Source: an uncultured delta proteobacterium (GTDB lineage: Bacteria; Myxococcota_A; Polyangia; Polyangiales; JAFGIB01). Taken from it: a stretch of 64,000 bases of DNA. Positions 9,420 to 18,960 of this stretch are shown piece by piece. The notes below the pieces were generated by a model. It was not told where the DNA came from, searched no databases, and saw only the letters and a list, made by a program, of their open reading frames with translations. A program made the translations under genes and the position numbers. The DNA is taken from positions 448,001-512,000 of the forward strand of contig CAVZVA010000011.1 in NCBI GenBank assembly GCA_963778655.1, read 5' to 3'. Numbering within the stretch: the stretch's first letter is position 1; each line of letters opens with the position of its first letter.

Positions 9420-11711
9420 CTAGTAGTGCCGCTCGAGCACGTACCAGCCGAAGGCGCGTAGCAGCATCTTCGCCAGGGAGTCGTCGAGCTTGGGCTCGAG
9501 CGTCTGCCAGCCGTCCTCGACCAGCGCCCGCGCCTGATCCGCGCAGGCCTCGATCGCGCCGCAGCCTTCGAGCTTGGCCAGCATCTGGCACACCACGCGC
9601 TCGTCGCTCGGCTTCTGCCGCAGCGTCTCCCACAGCCACTGCCGGTCCTTGAGCCCCAGGCGCGACATCGCCTTGGCCACCGGCAAGGTGATCTTGCCCT
9701 GCACCAGATCCTCGGCCTTGGACTTCAGATCGCCCTTGAAGCCGCGCAGGTTGAGCACGTCGTCGATGATCTGAAACGCCAACCCCAGGTCCTCGAAGAA
9801 CAGCCCGAGCCCCTCGATCTGCAGCTCGCTGCCGCCGCCCGCGATCCCGCCCATGCGTGCCAGGCAGCCGGCGGGCGCCGCAGTCTTGAGCCGGTGCACG
9901 GCCAGCACCCGCTCCTCCAGCAGCGCCGAATCCCCGCTCTGCACCACCTGCGGCATCATGCCCTCGAAGCCGTCGATGTCGATCGCCTGGCCTGCATGTC
10001 CGGCGCGCAACGCTTCGAAGTAGAGCTCGTAGATGCGGATCTGCTCGGCGTCCGAGACCAGCTCCGAGTTGAGCAGGTGAATGCCGACGAAGTAGGCCGC
10101 GGTACCGCTGTTGATCGCCTGCGATTCGCCGTAGACCAGGTGCGCGGTCGGGCCGCCGCGGCGGGTGGTCGACTTGTCCTCGACGTCGTCGACGATCAAC
10201 GAGCCGACGTGCATCAGCTCGGGCAAGGCTATCCACTGCACGAACTTGCGCGAGTCGCCGCCCACGATGTCGCAGCAGGTGATGGCCGCGTAGGAGCGCC
10301 AGCCCTTGCCGCCGCGGTCCACGATCTCGCGGATCGGGTGGATGTGCGTGCGCGCGTACTGCTCCACGTCCACGCCGCGCATGTACTGCTCGCGCTCGCG
10401 CGAGGCGATCAGCTTGCGCGCCGTCGCGTAGTCGGGACGCATCGGCAGCACGCGCTCCACCGATTCACGCACCACCTTGCCAACCTCCTCGAAGAAGCCC
10501 TCGAGGTCCTCGTACGGCGCGTAGCCACTGCGCTCCAGCATGCCCAGGCCGCTGCAGGGCTGGCCGCGCACGGTGCCCTTGACGTTGACTCGGCCCTCCC
10601 AGAACGAGGGCTTGGAGATCAGCGTGATGAACTCCTGGTCGTCGAACGCGGCCTCGACCTCCAGCTCGAGCTGGGCGCTGGGGATGCTCACCCGCCACAG
10701 CACCGGGTACTCGAAAAAGGTCTGGGTGCTGCGCCAGTTCTTCAAGCCCTCGAGCGAGATGTCCTTGTGCAACGAGCGCTTGCCCTCGGGATCGATGCGA
10801 ATCGCCCACTGCCCAGCTACCTCGGGAATGTTGACGTAGAGCTCGTTGTACAGCGAGAGCTCGCTGCCATCGTCGAGCTGCACCGACAGCCAGTCCCAGG
10901 CCACCTGGCGCTTCTCGTACTTCTTGCGCCGTTCGGCGTGCACACGCGCGCGCGTCTCGGAGTCCAGCCGCAGCTCGGCCTCGTCGTCGACGTTCTCGCG
11001 CTCACCCACGCCGAACTCGTGGTCGTACCAACCCTGGCCCTGGCTGATCTCGTGGACCAGCCCGCGGTGGGTGATGGTCCCGGTCACCGCGCAGCGCGGG
11101 ATGAAGTAGTAGAACATCGTCTCATCGCCGGAGCCGCGCACCACGCCATCGTCGCCCTGGCGAATCGGCGGCTTGCGCGGATCGAGCACCAGCTCCACGC
11201 CCACGGCCTTACGCTGGTCGCTGAGCTTGAGCAGGTAGCGGCCGTCGTCGAGCTTGCGGAACAGGTCCGGCCCGTACTGCAGGTCGAGGCGGTCGAGCGC
11301 GACGTGCACGCGGCCCTCGAAGATACGGTCGGGCAGCGGCACGTTGCCGCGCTCGAGGATCTCGCGCAGCGCTCGGTTGAGCTTGTGGTCCTTGCCACCC
11401 AGACCGCGCTTGATGCGCTTGAGCCCCTCCTCGGGCGCGCTCGGGTCCACGCGCGAGACGGTGTGCGAGACCTTCTCGAGTGGATCGAACAGCGACCAGG
11501 TCAGCGAGTGCGCGTAGAGCGGCGCGCGCGTCTCCGGGTGGTAGCCCTTGACCTGGCGGAAGAACGCCGCGAAAAACGAATACGGCTGACCGCCCGCGAC
11601 AACGTGGCCGTTCTGGTACCACCACTCGGTGGTGGAGGAAGCATGCGGCCGATCGTGTGCCTCGAGATCGATGGGATCGTCGGTCGGCCAATCAGCTGGA
11701 AAAGACTTCAC
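9420..11711 (-). CDS. Fusion of AttH/CrtC-like (lipocalin double barrel) domain and trans-isoprenyl diphosphate synthase
   Basis: N half has TTEWWY, FYYFIPR, GWYDHEFG, WDWLSVQLDDG, YPVLW, DQE and FWEG. C half has RGGKGWR, ELMHVGSLIVDDVED..RRG, GQAID, KTA, FQIIDDVLN and EDLVQGKITLP. GTG 11711 follows a GGAG; ORF open to 11756. Confidence 0.88.
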   Translation of the reverse strand: MKSFPADWPTDDPIDLEAHDRPHASSTTEWWYQNGHVVAGGQPYSFFAAFFRQVKGYHPETRAPLYAHSLTWSLFDPLEKVSHTVSRVDPSAPEEGLKRIKRGLGGKDHKLNRALREILERGNVPLPDRIFEGRVHVALDRLDLQYGPDLFRKLDDGRYLLKLSDQRKAVGVELVLDPRKPPIRQGDDGVVRGSGDETMFYYFIPRCAVTGTITHRGLVHEISQGQGWYDHEFGVGERENVDDEAELRLDSETRARVHAERRKKYEKRQVAWDWLSVQLDDGSELSLYNELYVNIPEVAGQWAIRIDPEGKRSLHKDISLEGLKNWRSTQTFFEYPVLWRVSIPSAQLELEVEAAFDDQEFITLISKPSFWEGRVNVKGTVRGQPCSGLGMLERSGYAPYEDLEGFFEEVGKVVRESVERVLPMRPDYATARKLIASREREQYMRGVDVEQYARTHIHPIREIVDRGGKGWRSYAAITCCDIVGGDSRKFVQWIALPELMHVGSLIVDDVEDKSTTRRGGPTAHLVYGESQAINSGTAAYFVGIHLLNSELVSDAEQIRIYELYFEALRAGHAGQAIDIDGFEGMMPQVVQSGDSALLEERVLAVHRLKTAAPAGCLARMGGIAGGGSELQIEGLGLFFEDLGLAFQIIDDVLNLRGFKGDLKSKAEDLVQGKITLPVAKAMSRLGLKDRQWLWETLRQKPSDERVVCQMLAKLEGCGAIEACADQARALVEDGWQTLEPKLDDSLAKMLLRAFGWYVLERHY

Positions 11712-11846
11712 CTCTGCTCCGACTTCCACCGTTCCCCAAGCCCCTCTGCCTACCAATAGCCATGATATGGTGTCAACGTGGTCGCGCGTGAAGCGCTGTG
11801 GGTCGGGTGTGAATCAAACAGCCCGGCCCGGCGTCGGCTTGCCAAA

Positions 11847-12635
11847 ATGAAACGCCTGCTTTTCGGACTCGCCGTGCTGCTAGTTGCCGCTCCCTGGGCC
11901 GCCAAGACCCAGGCGGCGGGCCCGGACTCGCTGTCCGCCGATGACATCGCCGGACGCACTTTGCGCGCGGACGCCTTCACCTGGGAGGGCGCGAAGACGC
12001 GACTGCGCATGATCTTGCAGACGCCGGACGGCAAGCGCCAGGAGCGCTCGATGGAGGTGGTAGCCCGCAGAGACAAGGGGTTGCTCCAGACCATGGTACG
12101 CTTTTTATCGCCGCAGGACCTGGCCGGAACCGCCTTCCTGCTCCGGGAGCAGAAGGGGGGCGCATCCGAGCAGTACGTGTACTTGTCCGGCCTGAAGCGC
12201 ACGCGCCGTGTGGTGGGCAGGGAGCGCGAGGGCAGCTTCATGGGCAGCGATTTCACCTACGCCGACATGCAGCGCATCGACCCCAAGCACGCGCACAACG
12301 TGCGCTTGCCGGACGACAAGATCGGCGATGCCCCCACCTACGTGATCGAGTCGACCCTCTCCCCCGACGCCGGCTTGGCCTACGGCAAGCTGGTCACCTG
12401 GGTGCGCAAGAGCGATTTCGTCGCGATCCGGACGCGCTTCTTCGACAAGCAGGGCAAGCTGATCAAGACGCTGTATGCGCGCAAGGTGCGCGAGCTCGAA
12501 GGCAAGCCGGTGGTGGTGGACGCCCGCATGCAGAGCGAGAACGGCCACGCCACCGAGCTGATCATCGACGCCATGGAGCGCGAGGACAACCTGCCGGACG
12601 CGCTGTTCACACCCGCGGCGCTCGAGCATTACTGA
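11847..12635 (+). CDS. Outer-membrane lipoprotein-sorting (LolA-like) periplasmic protein
   Basis: Signal peptide MKRLLFGLAVLL, RFLSPQDLAGTAFL, YLSGLKRTRRV, GSFMGSDFTYAD and LPDALFT. Confidence 0.85.
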   Translation: MKRLLFGLAVLLVAAPWAAKTQAAGPDSLSADDIAGRTLRADAFTWEGAKTRLRMILQTPDGKRQERSMEVVARRDKGLLQTMVRFLSPQDLAGTAFLLREQKGGASEQYVYLSGLKRTRRVVGREREGSFMGSDFTYADMQRIDPKHAHNVRLPDDKIGDAPTYVIESTLSPDAGLAYGKLVTWVRKSDFVAIRTRFFDKQGKLIKTLYARKVRELEGKPVVVDARMQSENGHATELIIDAMEREDNLPDALFTPAALEHY

Positions 12636-12641
12636 TTGTAT

Positions 12642-13459
12642 CGGGAGGGTCACGCGACCCTCCCGCCCCACCGGCCAAGCCGTTGGGGCCCCACCCTCCC
12701 GCGCGGCTCGCTTCGCTCGCTCGTCCTTGCAAGCGCAACGCCTCGGGTCACGCGACCCTCCCGCCCCACCGGCCAAGCCGTTGGGGCCCCACCCTCCCGC
12801 GCGGCTCGCTTCGCTCGCTCGTCCTTGCAAGCGCAACGCCTCGGGTCACGCGACCCTCCCGCCCCACCGGCCAAGCCGTTGGGGCCCCACCCTCCCGCGC
12901 GGCTCGCTTCGCTCGCTCGTCCTTGCAAGCGCAACGCCTCGGGTCACGCGACCCTCCCGCCCCACCGGCCAAGCCGTTGGGGCCCCACCCTCCCGCGCGG
13001 CTCGCTTCGCTCGCTCGTCCTTGCAAGCGCAACGCCTCGGGTCACGCGACCCTCCCGCCCCACCGGCCAAGCCGTTGGGGCCCCACCCTCCCGCGCGGCT
13101 CGCTTCGCTCGCTCGTCCTTGCAAGCGCAACGCCTCGGGTCACGCGACCCTCCCGCCCCACCGGCCAAGCCGTCGGGGCCCCACCCTCCCGCGCGGCTCG
13201 CTTCGCTCGCTCGTCCTTGCAAGCGCAACGCCTCGGGTCACGCGACCCTCCCGCCCCACCGGCCAAGCCGTTGGGGCCCCACCCTCCCGCGCGGCTCGCT
13301 TCGCTCGCTCGTCCTTGCAAGCGCAACGCCTCGGGTCACGCGACCCTCCCGCCCCACCGGCCAAGCCGTTGGGGCCCCACCCTCCCGCGCGGCTCGCTTC
13401 GCTCGCTCGTCCTTGCAAGCGCAACGCCTCGGGTCACGCGACCCTCCCGCCCCACCGGC
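12642..13459. repeat. Tandem array of a 98-bp REP-like unit, 8 full copies plus a partial copy
   Basis: Units starting GGGTCACGCGACCC at 12647, 12745, 12843, 12941, 13039, 13137, 13235, 13333 and 13431. One visible T>C variant at 13174. The first copy has a perfect 10-bp stem CGGGAGGGTC-acgc-GACCCTCCCG. Confidence 0.97.
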
Positions 13460-13556
13460 TTCGCTCGCACGTGCCGGGTGCGCTGATCAACGCGCATCGG
13501 GGTGCGCCTGACCCGCGCTTTGTCGGCCGCGGCGAAACATAGTACACCGGCGCCTG

Positions 13557-14489
13557 GTGGCGATTTTCGACGAGATGCGGCAGGTGTCGAACGCCGGGCT
13601 CGAGCTGCTGAGGAAGCCCTCGGCGATCTGGCGCGAGCTGGCGCTGCTGCTGCACTCCGATCCGGAGAGCTACTACGACTTCCTGGGCGACGACGTGCTC
13701 GAGGCCCAGGACCAGGGCTTCGCCCACGCGGACAAGCCGTTGTGGCTGAACCTCGGCTACTGGAAGCGGGCGCACAGCTACCCCGATGCCTGCGCCGACC
13801 TGGCGCGCAAGCTGGCCGGGGCGGCTCAGCTGCAGCCCAGTGACGTGGTGCTGGACGCCGGCTTCGGCTTCGGCGAGCAGGACCTGCTGTGGGCACGCGA
13901 ACAGGGGGTGGCGCGCATCGTCGGCGTCAACGTGACCAAGCTCCACGTAGACGTGGCGTCCGAGCGCGTGCGCGCGCACGGGCTGCAGGAGCGCATCGAT
14001 CTGCGCCTGGGCTCGGCCACCGAGCTCCCGCTCGAGGCAGCCTCGGTCGACAAGGTGGTAGCGCTCGAGAGCGCGTTTCACTTCGACACGCGCGAGCGCT
14101 TCTTCCACGAGGCGCAGCGGGTGCTGAAGCCGGGCGGCCGGATCGCGCTCGCCGACTGCATGCCCTACCCGGGCGAGCATCCGGGCGGGCTGGTCGACCG
14201 GCTGGTCTGGCGCCGCTGGGGCGTGCCCGCAGCCAACATCTACGACCGCGAGGTCTATTTGCAGAAGCTGGCCGCGGCCGGCTTTCACGACGTCCAAGCC
14301 GAGTCGATCAGGCAGCACGTGTTCCCGGGCATGCATCGCTACGCCGAGCAGCGGCGGAAGGGCGTACGCATGGAGGACGCGCGCGTCGAGCTGAGCGAGC
14401 AAGACGTGCAGAGCTGCCTAGGCGTGGAGGTCTGGCGCAAACAGGGCGGCCTGACCGACTACGTGATCGTCTCCGCGGTCAAGCGCTGA
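13557..14489 (+). CDS. SAM methyltransferase (natural-product / sterol / tocopherol MT-like)
   Basis: WLNLGYW, VLDAGFGFG, VALESAFHF, RVLKPGGRIALAD. Confidence 0.88.
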   Translation: MAIFDEMRQVSNAGLELLRKPSAIWRELALLLHSDPESYYDFLGDDVLEAQDQGFAHADKPLWLNLGYWKRAHSYPDACADLARKLAGAAQLQPSDVVLDAGFGFGEQDLLWAREQGVARIVGVNVTKLHVDVASERVRAHGLQERIDLRLGSATELPLEAASVDKVVALESAFHFDTRERFFHEAQRVLKPGGRIALADCMPYPGEHPGGLVDRLVWRRWGVPAANIYDREVYLQKLAAAGFHDVQAESIRQHVFPGMHRYAEQRRKGVRMEDARVELSEQDVQSCLGVEVWRKQGGLTDYVIVSAVKR

Positions 14490-14507
14490 GCCTGCGGCCT
14501 CCCGAAG

Positions 14508-15452
14508 ATGCCCCCGAGCAGCCAGAGCGGCCCGACGCCGACGACCAAGTCCGAGCCCACCGCCCTGGTGAGCATCGAGCGCTGCGTGGTGTGCGGCGAG
14601 CCGCGCGCCGCCGATGCGGAGACGGCGAGCGTGCGCAGCAACGTGCGCGCGTTCACCCGCGAGCGCTTCGCGATCTGGCGCTGCGCGCGCTGCCGCTCGA
14701 TTCACGCCGCCGAGCCGGCCGACCTCCCGCACTACTACCGCGCTTACCCGCTGCTCGGCGCGGAGCTCGACTGGAAGCTGCGGGTGACCTACGGCGCGCT
14801 GCTGCGGCGGCTCACGCGCGCGGGGCTGCGCAAGCAGCACCGCATCCTCGACTACGGCTGCGGCAAGGGCCTGCTGGTACGCTTCCTGCGCGAGCGCGGC
14901 TATCTGGCCGCGCACGGCTACGATCGCTATGCCGAGGGCTTTCGCGATCCGGCGGTGCTGGAGCAGCGCTACGACTGCATCGTCTCGCAGGACGTGATCG
15001 AGCACGTCGACGACCCGCTCGCGCTGCTCGCGCAGTTCGACGCCCTGAGCCAACCCGGGGCAATCGTGTCGATCGGCACCCCGGACGCCGCGGCGCTCGA
15101 CCTGGGAGACCCCGAGGACTATGTGCACGCGCTGCACTTGCCCTACCATCGCCACATCCTGGCCGCGCCGGCGCTGATCGACGCCGGAAGAAACCTGGGC
15201 TGGGAGGTCGCGCGTTTCTACGACACGATGTACATCAACACGCTGTTTCCCACCATGAACCCGCGCTTCGTCCTGCACTACGTGCGTTGCCACGACGACG
15301 TCTTCGACCTGGTCGCCGAGCCGATCAAGCTGAGCCTCAGGCTATGGTCGCCAGTGACGCTGTTCTTCGCCTTCTTCGGCTACTTCTTCGACCGCCACAC
15401 CGACATCCAGGTGGTGTTCCGCAAGCGCGCCGCGCAGGCGGGGGCGGCATGA
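14508..15452 (+). CDS. Class I SAM methyltransferase, paralog of 8429-9298
   Basis: VRSNVR..F.IWRC, ILDYGCGKG, QDVIEHV, LHLPYHRHIL, MYINTL.PT.N. Confidence 0.88.
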   Translation: MPPSSQSGPTPTTKSEPTALVSIERCVVCGEPRAADAETASVRSNVRAFTRERFAIWRCARCRSIHAAEPADLPHYYRAYPLLGAELDWKLRVTYGALLRRLTRAGLRKQHRILDYGCGKGLLVRFLRERGYLAAHGYDRYAEGFRDPAVLEQRYDCIVSQDVIEHVDDPLALLAQFDALSQPGAIVSIGTPDAAALDLGDPEDYVHALHLPYHRHILAAPALIDAGRNLGWEVARFYDTMYINTLFPTMNPRFVLHYVRCHDDVFDLVAEPIKLSLRLWSPVTLFFAFFGYFFDRHTDIQVVFRKRAAQAGAA

Positions 15453-15501
15453 GCGCGGCGGCGCCGAACGGGGGAGCCGGACCCCGAAGCGAGGGCCAGC
15501 C

Positions 15502-16233
15502 GTGAGCGGGTCGTCGATCATCGTGGCCGAGGGCGTGAGCCGCACCTACGGCAGCGGGCCGTCGGCGGTCACGGCCGTCAAGGAGCTGAGCCTGTCGATC
15601 GAGGCCGGCTCGTTCGTGGCGATCGTGGGCGCAAGCGGCTCGGGCAAGAGCACGCTGCTGAACATGATCGGCGCGCTCGACCACCCGAGCGGCGGCCGGC
15701 TGCTGGTCGAGGACCAGGATCTGTACGCGCTCTCGGACAACGCGCGCACGCGCTTCCGGCGCGACCGCATCGGCTTCGTGTTCCAATTCTTCCACCTGCT
15801 GCCCACGCTGACCGCGCTCGAGAACGCCATGCTACCGGCGGAGCTGGCCGGGCGCGGCGGCAAGCAGGCGCACAAGAAGGCGCAAGCGTTGCTCGAGCGG
15901 GTGGGGCTGCGCGAGCGCGCGGGCCACAAGCCCGACGAGCTGTCGGGCGGCGAGATGCAGCGGGTCGCGATCGCGCGCGCGCTGATGATGGACCCACCGC
16001 TGCTGCTGGCGGACGAGCCCACCGGGAACCTCGATTCCAAGACGGGCGCACTGATCCTGGAGCTGCTGCGCGGCGCAGTGGACGAGCGGCGCACGCTGCT
16101 GCTGGTGACGCACGACCCGAACGTGGCCAAGCAGGGCCAGCGCGTGCTGACCATGGCCGACGGCGTCCTGGCCGCCGATCAGCCGAGCAGCGAGTTCCAC
16201 CCCAGCGCCTGGCCGGCCGCGCGCGCGGACTGA
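15502..16233 (+). CDS. ABC transporter ATP-binding protein (LolD/MacB type)
   Basis: GASGSGKST, GFVFQFFHL, LSGGEMQRVAIARAL, LADEPTGNLD, VTHD. Confidence 0.93.
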   Translation: MSGSSIIVAEGVSRTYGSGPSAVTAVKELSLSIEAGSFVAIVGASGSGKSTLLNMIGALDHPSGGRLLVEDQDLYALSDNARTRFRRDRIGFVFQFFHLLPTLTALENAMLPAELAGRGGKQAHKKAQALLERVGLRERAGHKPDELSGGEMQRVAIARALMMDPPLLLADEPTGNLDSKTGALILELLRGAVDERRTLLLVTHDPNVAKQGQRVLTMADGVLAADQPSSEFHPSAWPAARAD

Positions 16234-16370
16234 GCGTTCCTTCCGAGCTCCCCGAGTGCGGAGATCGTGCTGGGCGGCCGTGAGGGGGCGGGAGGGTTGG
16301 GGTTCGGGACGGGCGGCTTGCACTTGCAGCGGTCGCGACGACAGCGCCCAGCACGATCCTCTCTCTTGTG

Positions 16371-16790
16371 CTACGCCGGGGCGTGCGCCAAGGCCGAGGC
16401 GGTGTGGCGGCCGACGATCGCGGGGGCTTCGTGGATCAGCTCGTCGTTCTTGAGCGCTTCCACCATGAACAGCGCGGAATCGATGCGGCGGGTGAGGTTG
16501 CTCTTCAAGATGGGGTCGCCGGCGTGGCGGCTCGACACCGGCAAGCCTTGGCTCTCGCCCTCTTCCAGGTTGCTGCCGCGCACCACGGTCCAGCGCGTGT
16601 CGCTGGCGAACACCCGCCGGCACGCTTCCACCTGATCGTCGAGGTCGGCGAAGGGCGCCAAGCGCGCGATCCAGTCAAAGGCTTTCACCATCGTCATGAG
16701 CATCTTCGAGTACACGTCCTGACCGTCGCCCGTGATGTGCCATCCGCACGAGAACACCAGCCGCGCGCCCGCGGGCGCGTAGTGAGCGTT
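16371..16790 (-). pseudogene. 5'-truncated NAD(P)H-binding (flavin reductase-like) gene remnant
   Basis: Has ..SDTRWTVVRG..TRRIDSALFMVEAL..LIHEAPAI but no N-terminal Rossmann GxxGxxG. Boundary approximate. Confidence 0.55.
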
Positions 16791-16995
16791 CCGCAGTTGA
16801 ACCGGCGCTTCGGCCGACAGCGGGGCATTCACGTGGCAACCGGACCGGCTCCGAGTCATGCCGCGTCGCTGACACCCGCGAGCCGCGAGCGGCTGAGAGC
16901 GCGCCTCGCACTGCACCTTGGGAGCCGGACCCAACGGGCGCATTCGCCTTCGAGCGCGCGCATGGGGAGTGCGCGGCAGGTCGGGTTGAGCGCCC

Positions 16996-17958
16996 TCAGC
17001 GCGCTCGCGCCACCGCGAACATGAACTCCGGCAGCAGCGGCTGCAGCGGCAACAGCGGAAATGACAGCAACGCCGAGAGCAGCGGATACAGCGTCTGGTG
17101 CTTGCGCCAGTGACGTAGGCCGAGCGCCTGGACCAGGCTCATGCCGGCGTAGAACGGCAGTGTGAAGGGCGTGACCTGCAGCAGCTCGTAGCCGTGGCGG
17201 GCGAGCATGCGCTCGAGCGTGTCGGGGGCGAAGAACACCAGGTGGCGGGGGATGTCGAGGTTCCACCAGTAGCGGCCGAACAGCCGCGCGGGGAAGGCAT
17301 CGATGTGCGGCAGCTCGAGCGCGAGGTGGCCGCCCGTGCGCGTCACCCGCCGCGCCTCGTCGAGCACACGCCCCGGGTCGGGCTCGTGCTCGAGGTATTC
17401 CATCATCAGCACGGTGTCGAAGGAGGCTTCCGGCAGGCCCGCGCTCTCGAGCGTGCCCTCGACAATCGGCATCTGCAGCGTGTCGCGCACGTAGGCCACG
17501 ATCTCGGGCTTGAAGTCGAGCCCGGTGCCGGTGCAGCCGCGCTCTTCCTTGACGCACTGCAGCAGCCGGTTGACGCCGCAGCCGACGTCGAGGATGGCGT
17601 GCTCGGGCTGGATGCGGCCGGCGCTGTGCTCCAGGTAGCGGATGCGGCGCAGCGAGATGCCGCGCGCGAGCGCGCGTAGGAACGGTTGCAGCAAGCGCGG
17701 CGCGTCCTCGTGCAGGCTGTAGCCGAAGTAGTCGCTCGGGTAGTGGCGGCCGAGCGCGGTGGGCGTGGGCCGCGGGCTGACGTATTGCAGCTGACAGCCG
17801 CTGCAACGCACCAACGGGTAGCTGCCGGGCTGCGCGAACAACAGATCGCGCGCGAGCAGCACCGGCTCGGTCTTGCGCCCGCCGCACAGCGGGCACGCGA
17901 TCTCCTCCTGCGACTCGCCATGCGCGGCGCTCTCGAACGTGCGCAGCGCCTCGATCAC
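16996..17958 (-). CDS. Class I SAM methyltransferase with CxxC..CxxC
   Basis: CPLC/CSGC, ILDVGCG, YLEHEPDP, LDIPRHLVFF. Confidence 0.88.
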   Translation of the reverse strand: MIEALRTFESAAHGESQEEIACPLCGGRKTEPVLLARDLLFAQPGSYPLVRCSGCQLQYVSPRPTPTALGRHYPSDYFGYSLHEDAPRLLQPFLRALARGISLRRIRYLEHSAGRIQPEHAILDVGCGVNRLLQCVKEERGCTGTGLDFKPEIVAYVRDTLQMPIVEGTLESAGLPEASFDTVLMMEYLEHEPDPGRVLDEARRVTRTGGHLALELPHIDAFPARLFGRYWWNLDIPRHLVFFAPDTLERMLARHGYELLQVTPFTLPFYAGMSLVQALGLRHWRKHQTLYPLLSALLSFPLLPLQPLLPEFMFAVARAR

Positions 17959-18005
17959 CTGCAGCGCCCCGCTCGCGCGCGCGTGCCTGCCGGCCCGCCG
18001 TCCAT

Positions 18006-18800
18006 TCAGACGCGCCCCAGCATCTGGCCGAGGTGGAACGAGATCGTCTCGCGCGCGTACAGCGTCCAGCCATACACGTAGCTACGCCGGCCGCGATCCT
18101 CGACGCCTTGCGGAAACAGCGCTTGCATCCGCGCGAAGCGCTGCGCGTCGCGCGTCGCGAGGATCATCTCGCACGAGGTCGGAACCCACAGACAGCGAAA
18201 GCCCTGCTGCTTGGCGCGCTGCACCGCCTCGGGCACGCCGATGATCCAGCTGTCGTGAAACACCACGATGCCGTTCTGCGCCACGTAGGGCAGCACGCCG
18301 TCGAAGTCGTGGGTGACCTGGGGATGGCGATGCAGCCCGTCGATGAAGACCAGATCGTAGGCCGGTTGCTCCACCGTGGCCGCGATGTCCTGCGGCGAGG
18401 TTCCCTTCTTGTTCTTCAGGATCGCGCTGAGCTGCAGCTCGTCGGCCAGCGCCTGCGCGATCCCCGCAGCCTTCTGGCCCGCGCCCTCGGACTGGTTGTC
18501 GAGCGTGATCACGCTCTTGCCGCCGTGATGCTTCATCACGTCGGCGATGTAGGCCGAGGAGAAGCCGAACGCGTTGCCGATGATGTAGCAATGCTCCGGG
18601 CGGAAGCCCTCGATCAGCGTGCCGAACACGCGGCACTCGTCCTCGCCGATCGAGATCGGGTAGTGGTGTCCGCGCAGCCGCCGGTGCGGTCCGCCCGGGT
18701 TGAGCAGCCCCTTCTCCCACAGAAACCCGACGTCGGCGATGCGATCGAGGGTCTTGGTGACGCGCGCGAGCGCGTCGTCGGCCGTGGCCGTCTCGGTCAT
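18006..18800 (-). CDS. Methyltransferase (Methyltransf_24-like)
   Basis: IIGNAFGFSS, YDLVFIDGLH..VTHDF, GIVVFHDS. Confidence 0.75.
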   Translation of the reverse strand: MTETATADDALARVTKTLDRIADVGFLWEKGLLNPGGPHRRLRGHHYPISIGEDECRVFGTLIEGFRPEHCYIIGNAFGFSSAYIADVMKHHGGKSVITLDNQSEGAGQKAAGIAQALADELQLSAILKNKKGTSPQDIAATVEQPAYDLVFIDGLHRHPQVTHDFDGVLPYVAQNGIVVFHDSWIIGVPEAVQRAKQQGFRCLWVPTSCEMILATRDAQRFARMQALFPQGVEDRGRRSYVYGWTLYARETISFHLGQMLGRV

Positions 18801-18857
18801 GCGCTCCTCCGCCGGGCACGCGCCGCACCCGCACAGCGATTCCGCCAACCGTTCATG

Positions 18858-18883
18858 CTTGCCGTCTTCCCGTCTTCCTGTTT
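18858..18883 (-). repeat. Dispersed repeat copy (AAACAGGAAGACGGGAAG family)
   Basis: Reverse complement reads AAACAGGAAGACGGGAAGACGGCAAG. Confidence 0.65.
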
Positions 18884-18960
18884 CATGAATCCCACACGTA
18901 TCCACGCCGAACGTGGTTGTATAGCGCGAGCGGGGCGTGCTCGGCAAAAGGGGCCGGGCG

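Noticed and set aside
12642..13459. CRISPR array
   Set aside because: The units are identical over their whole 98 bp with no unique spacers, and there are no cas genes in the window.
12636..13542. ORFs spanning the 98-bp array (three plus frames, 94-aa minus ORFs)
   Set aside because: They are by-products of a stop-poor GC-rich repeat whose period is not a multiple of 3, with no RBS or protein-like composition.
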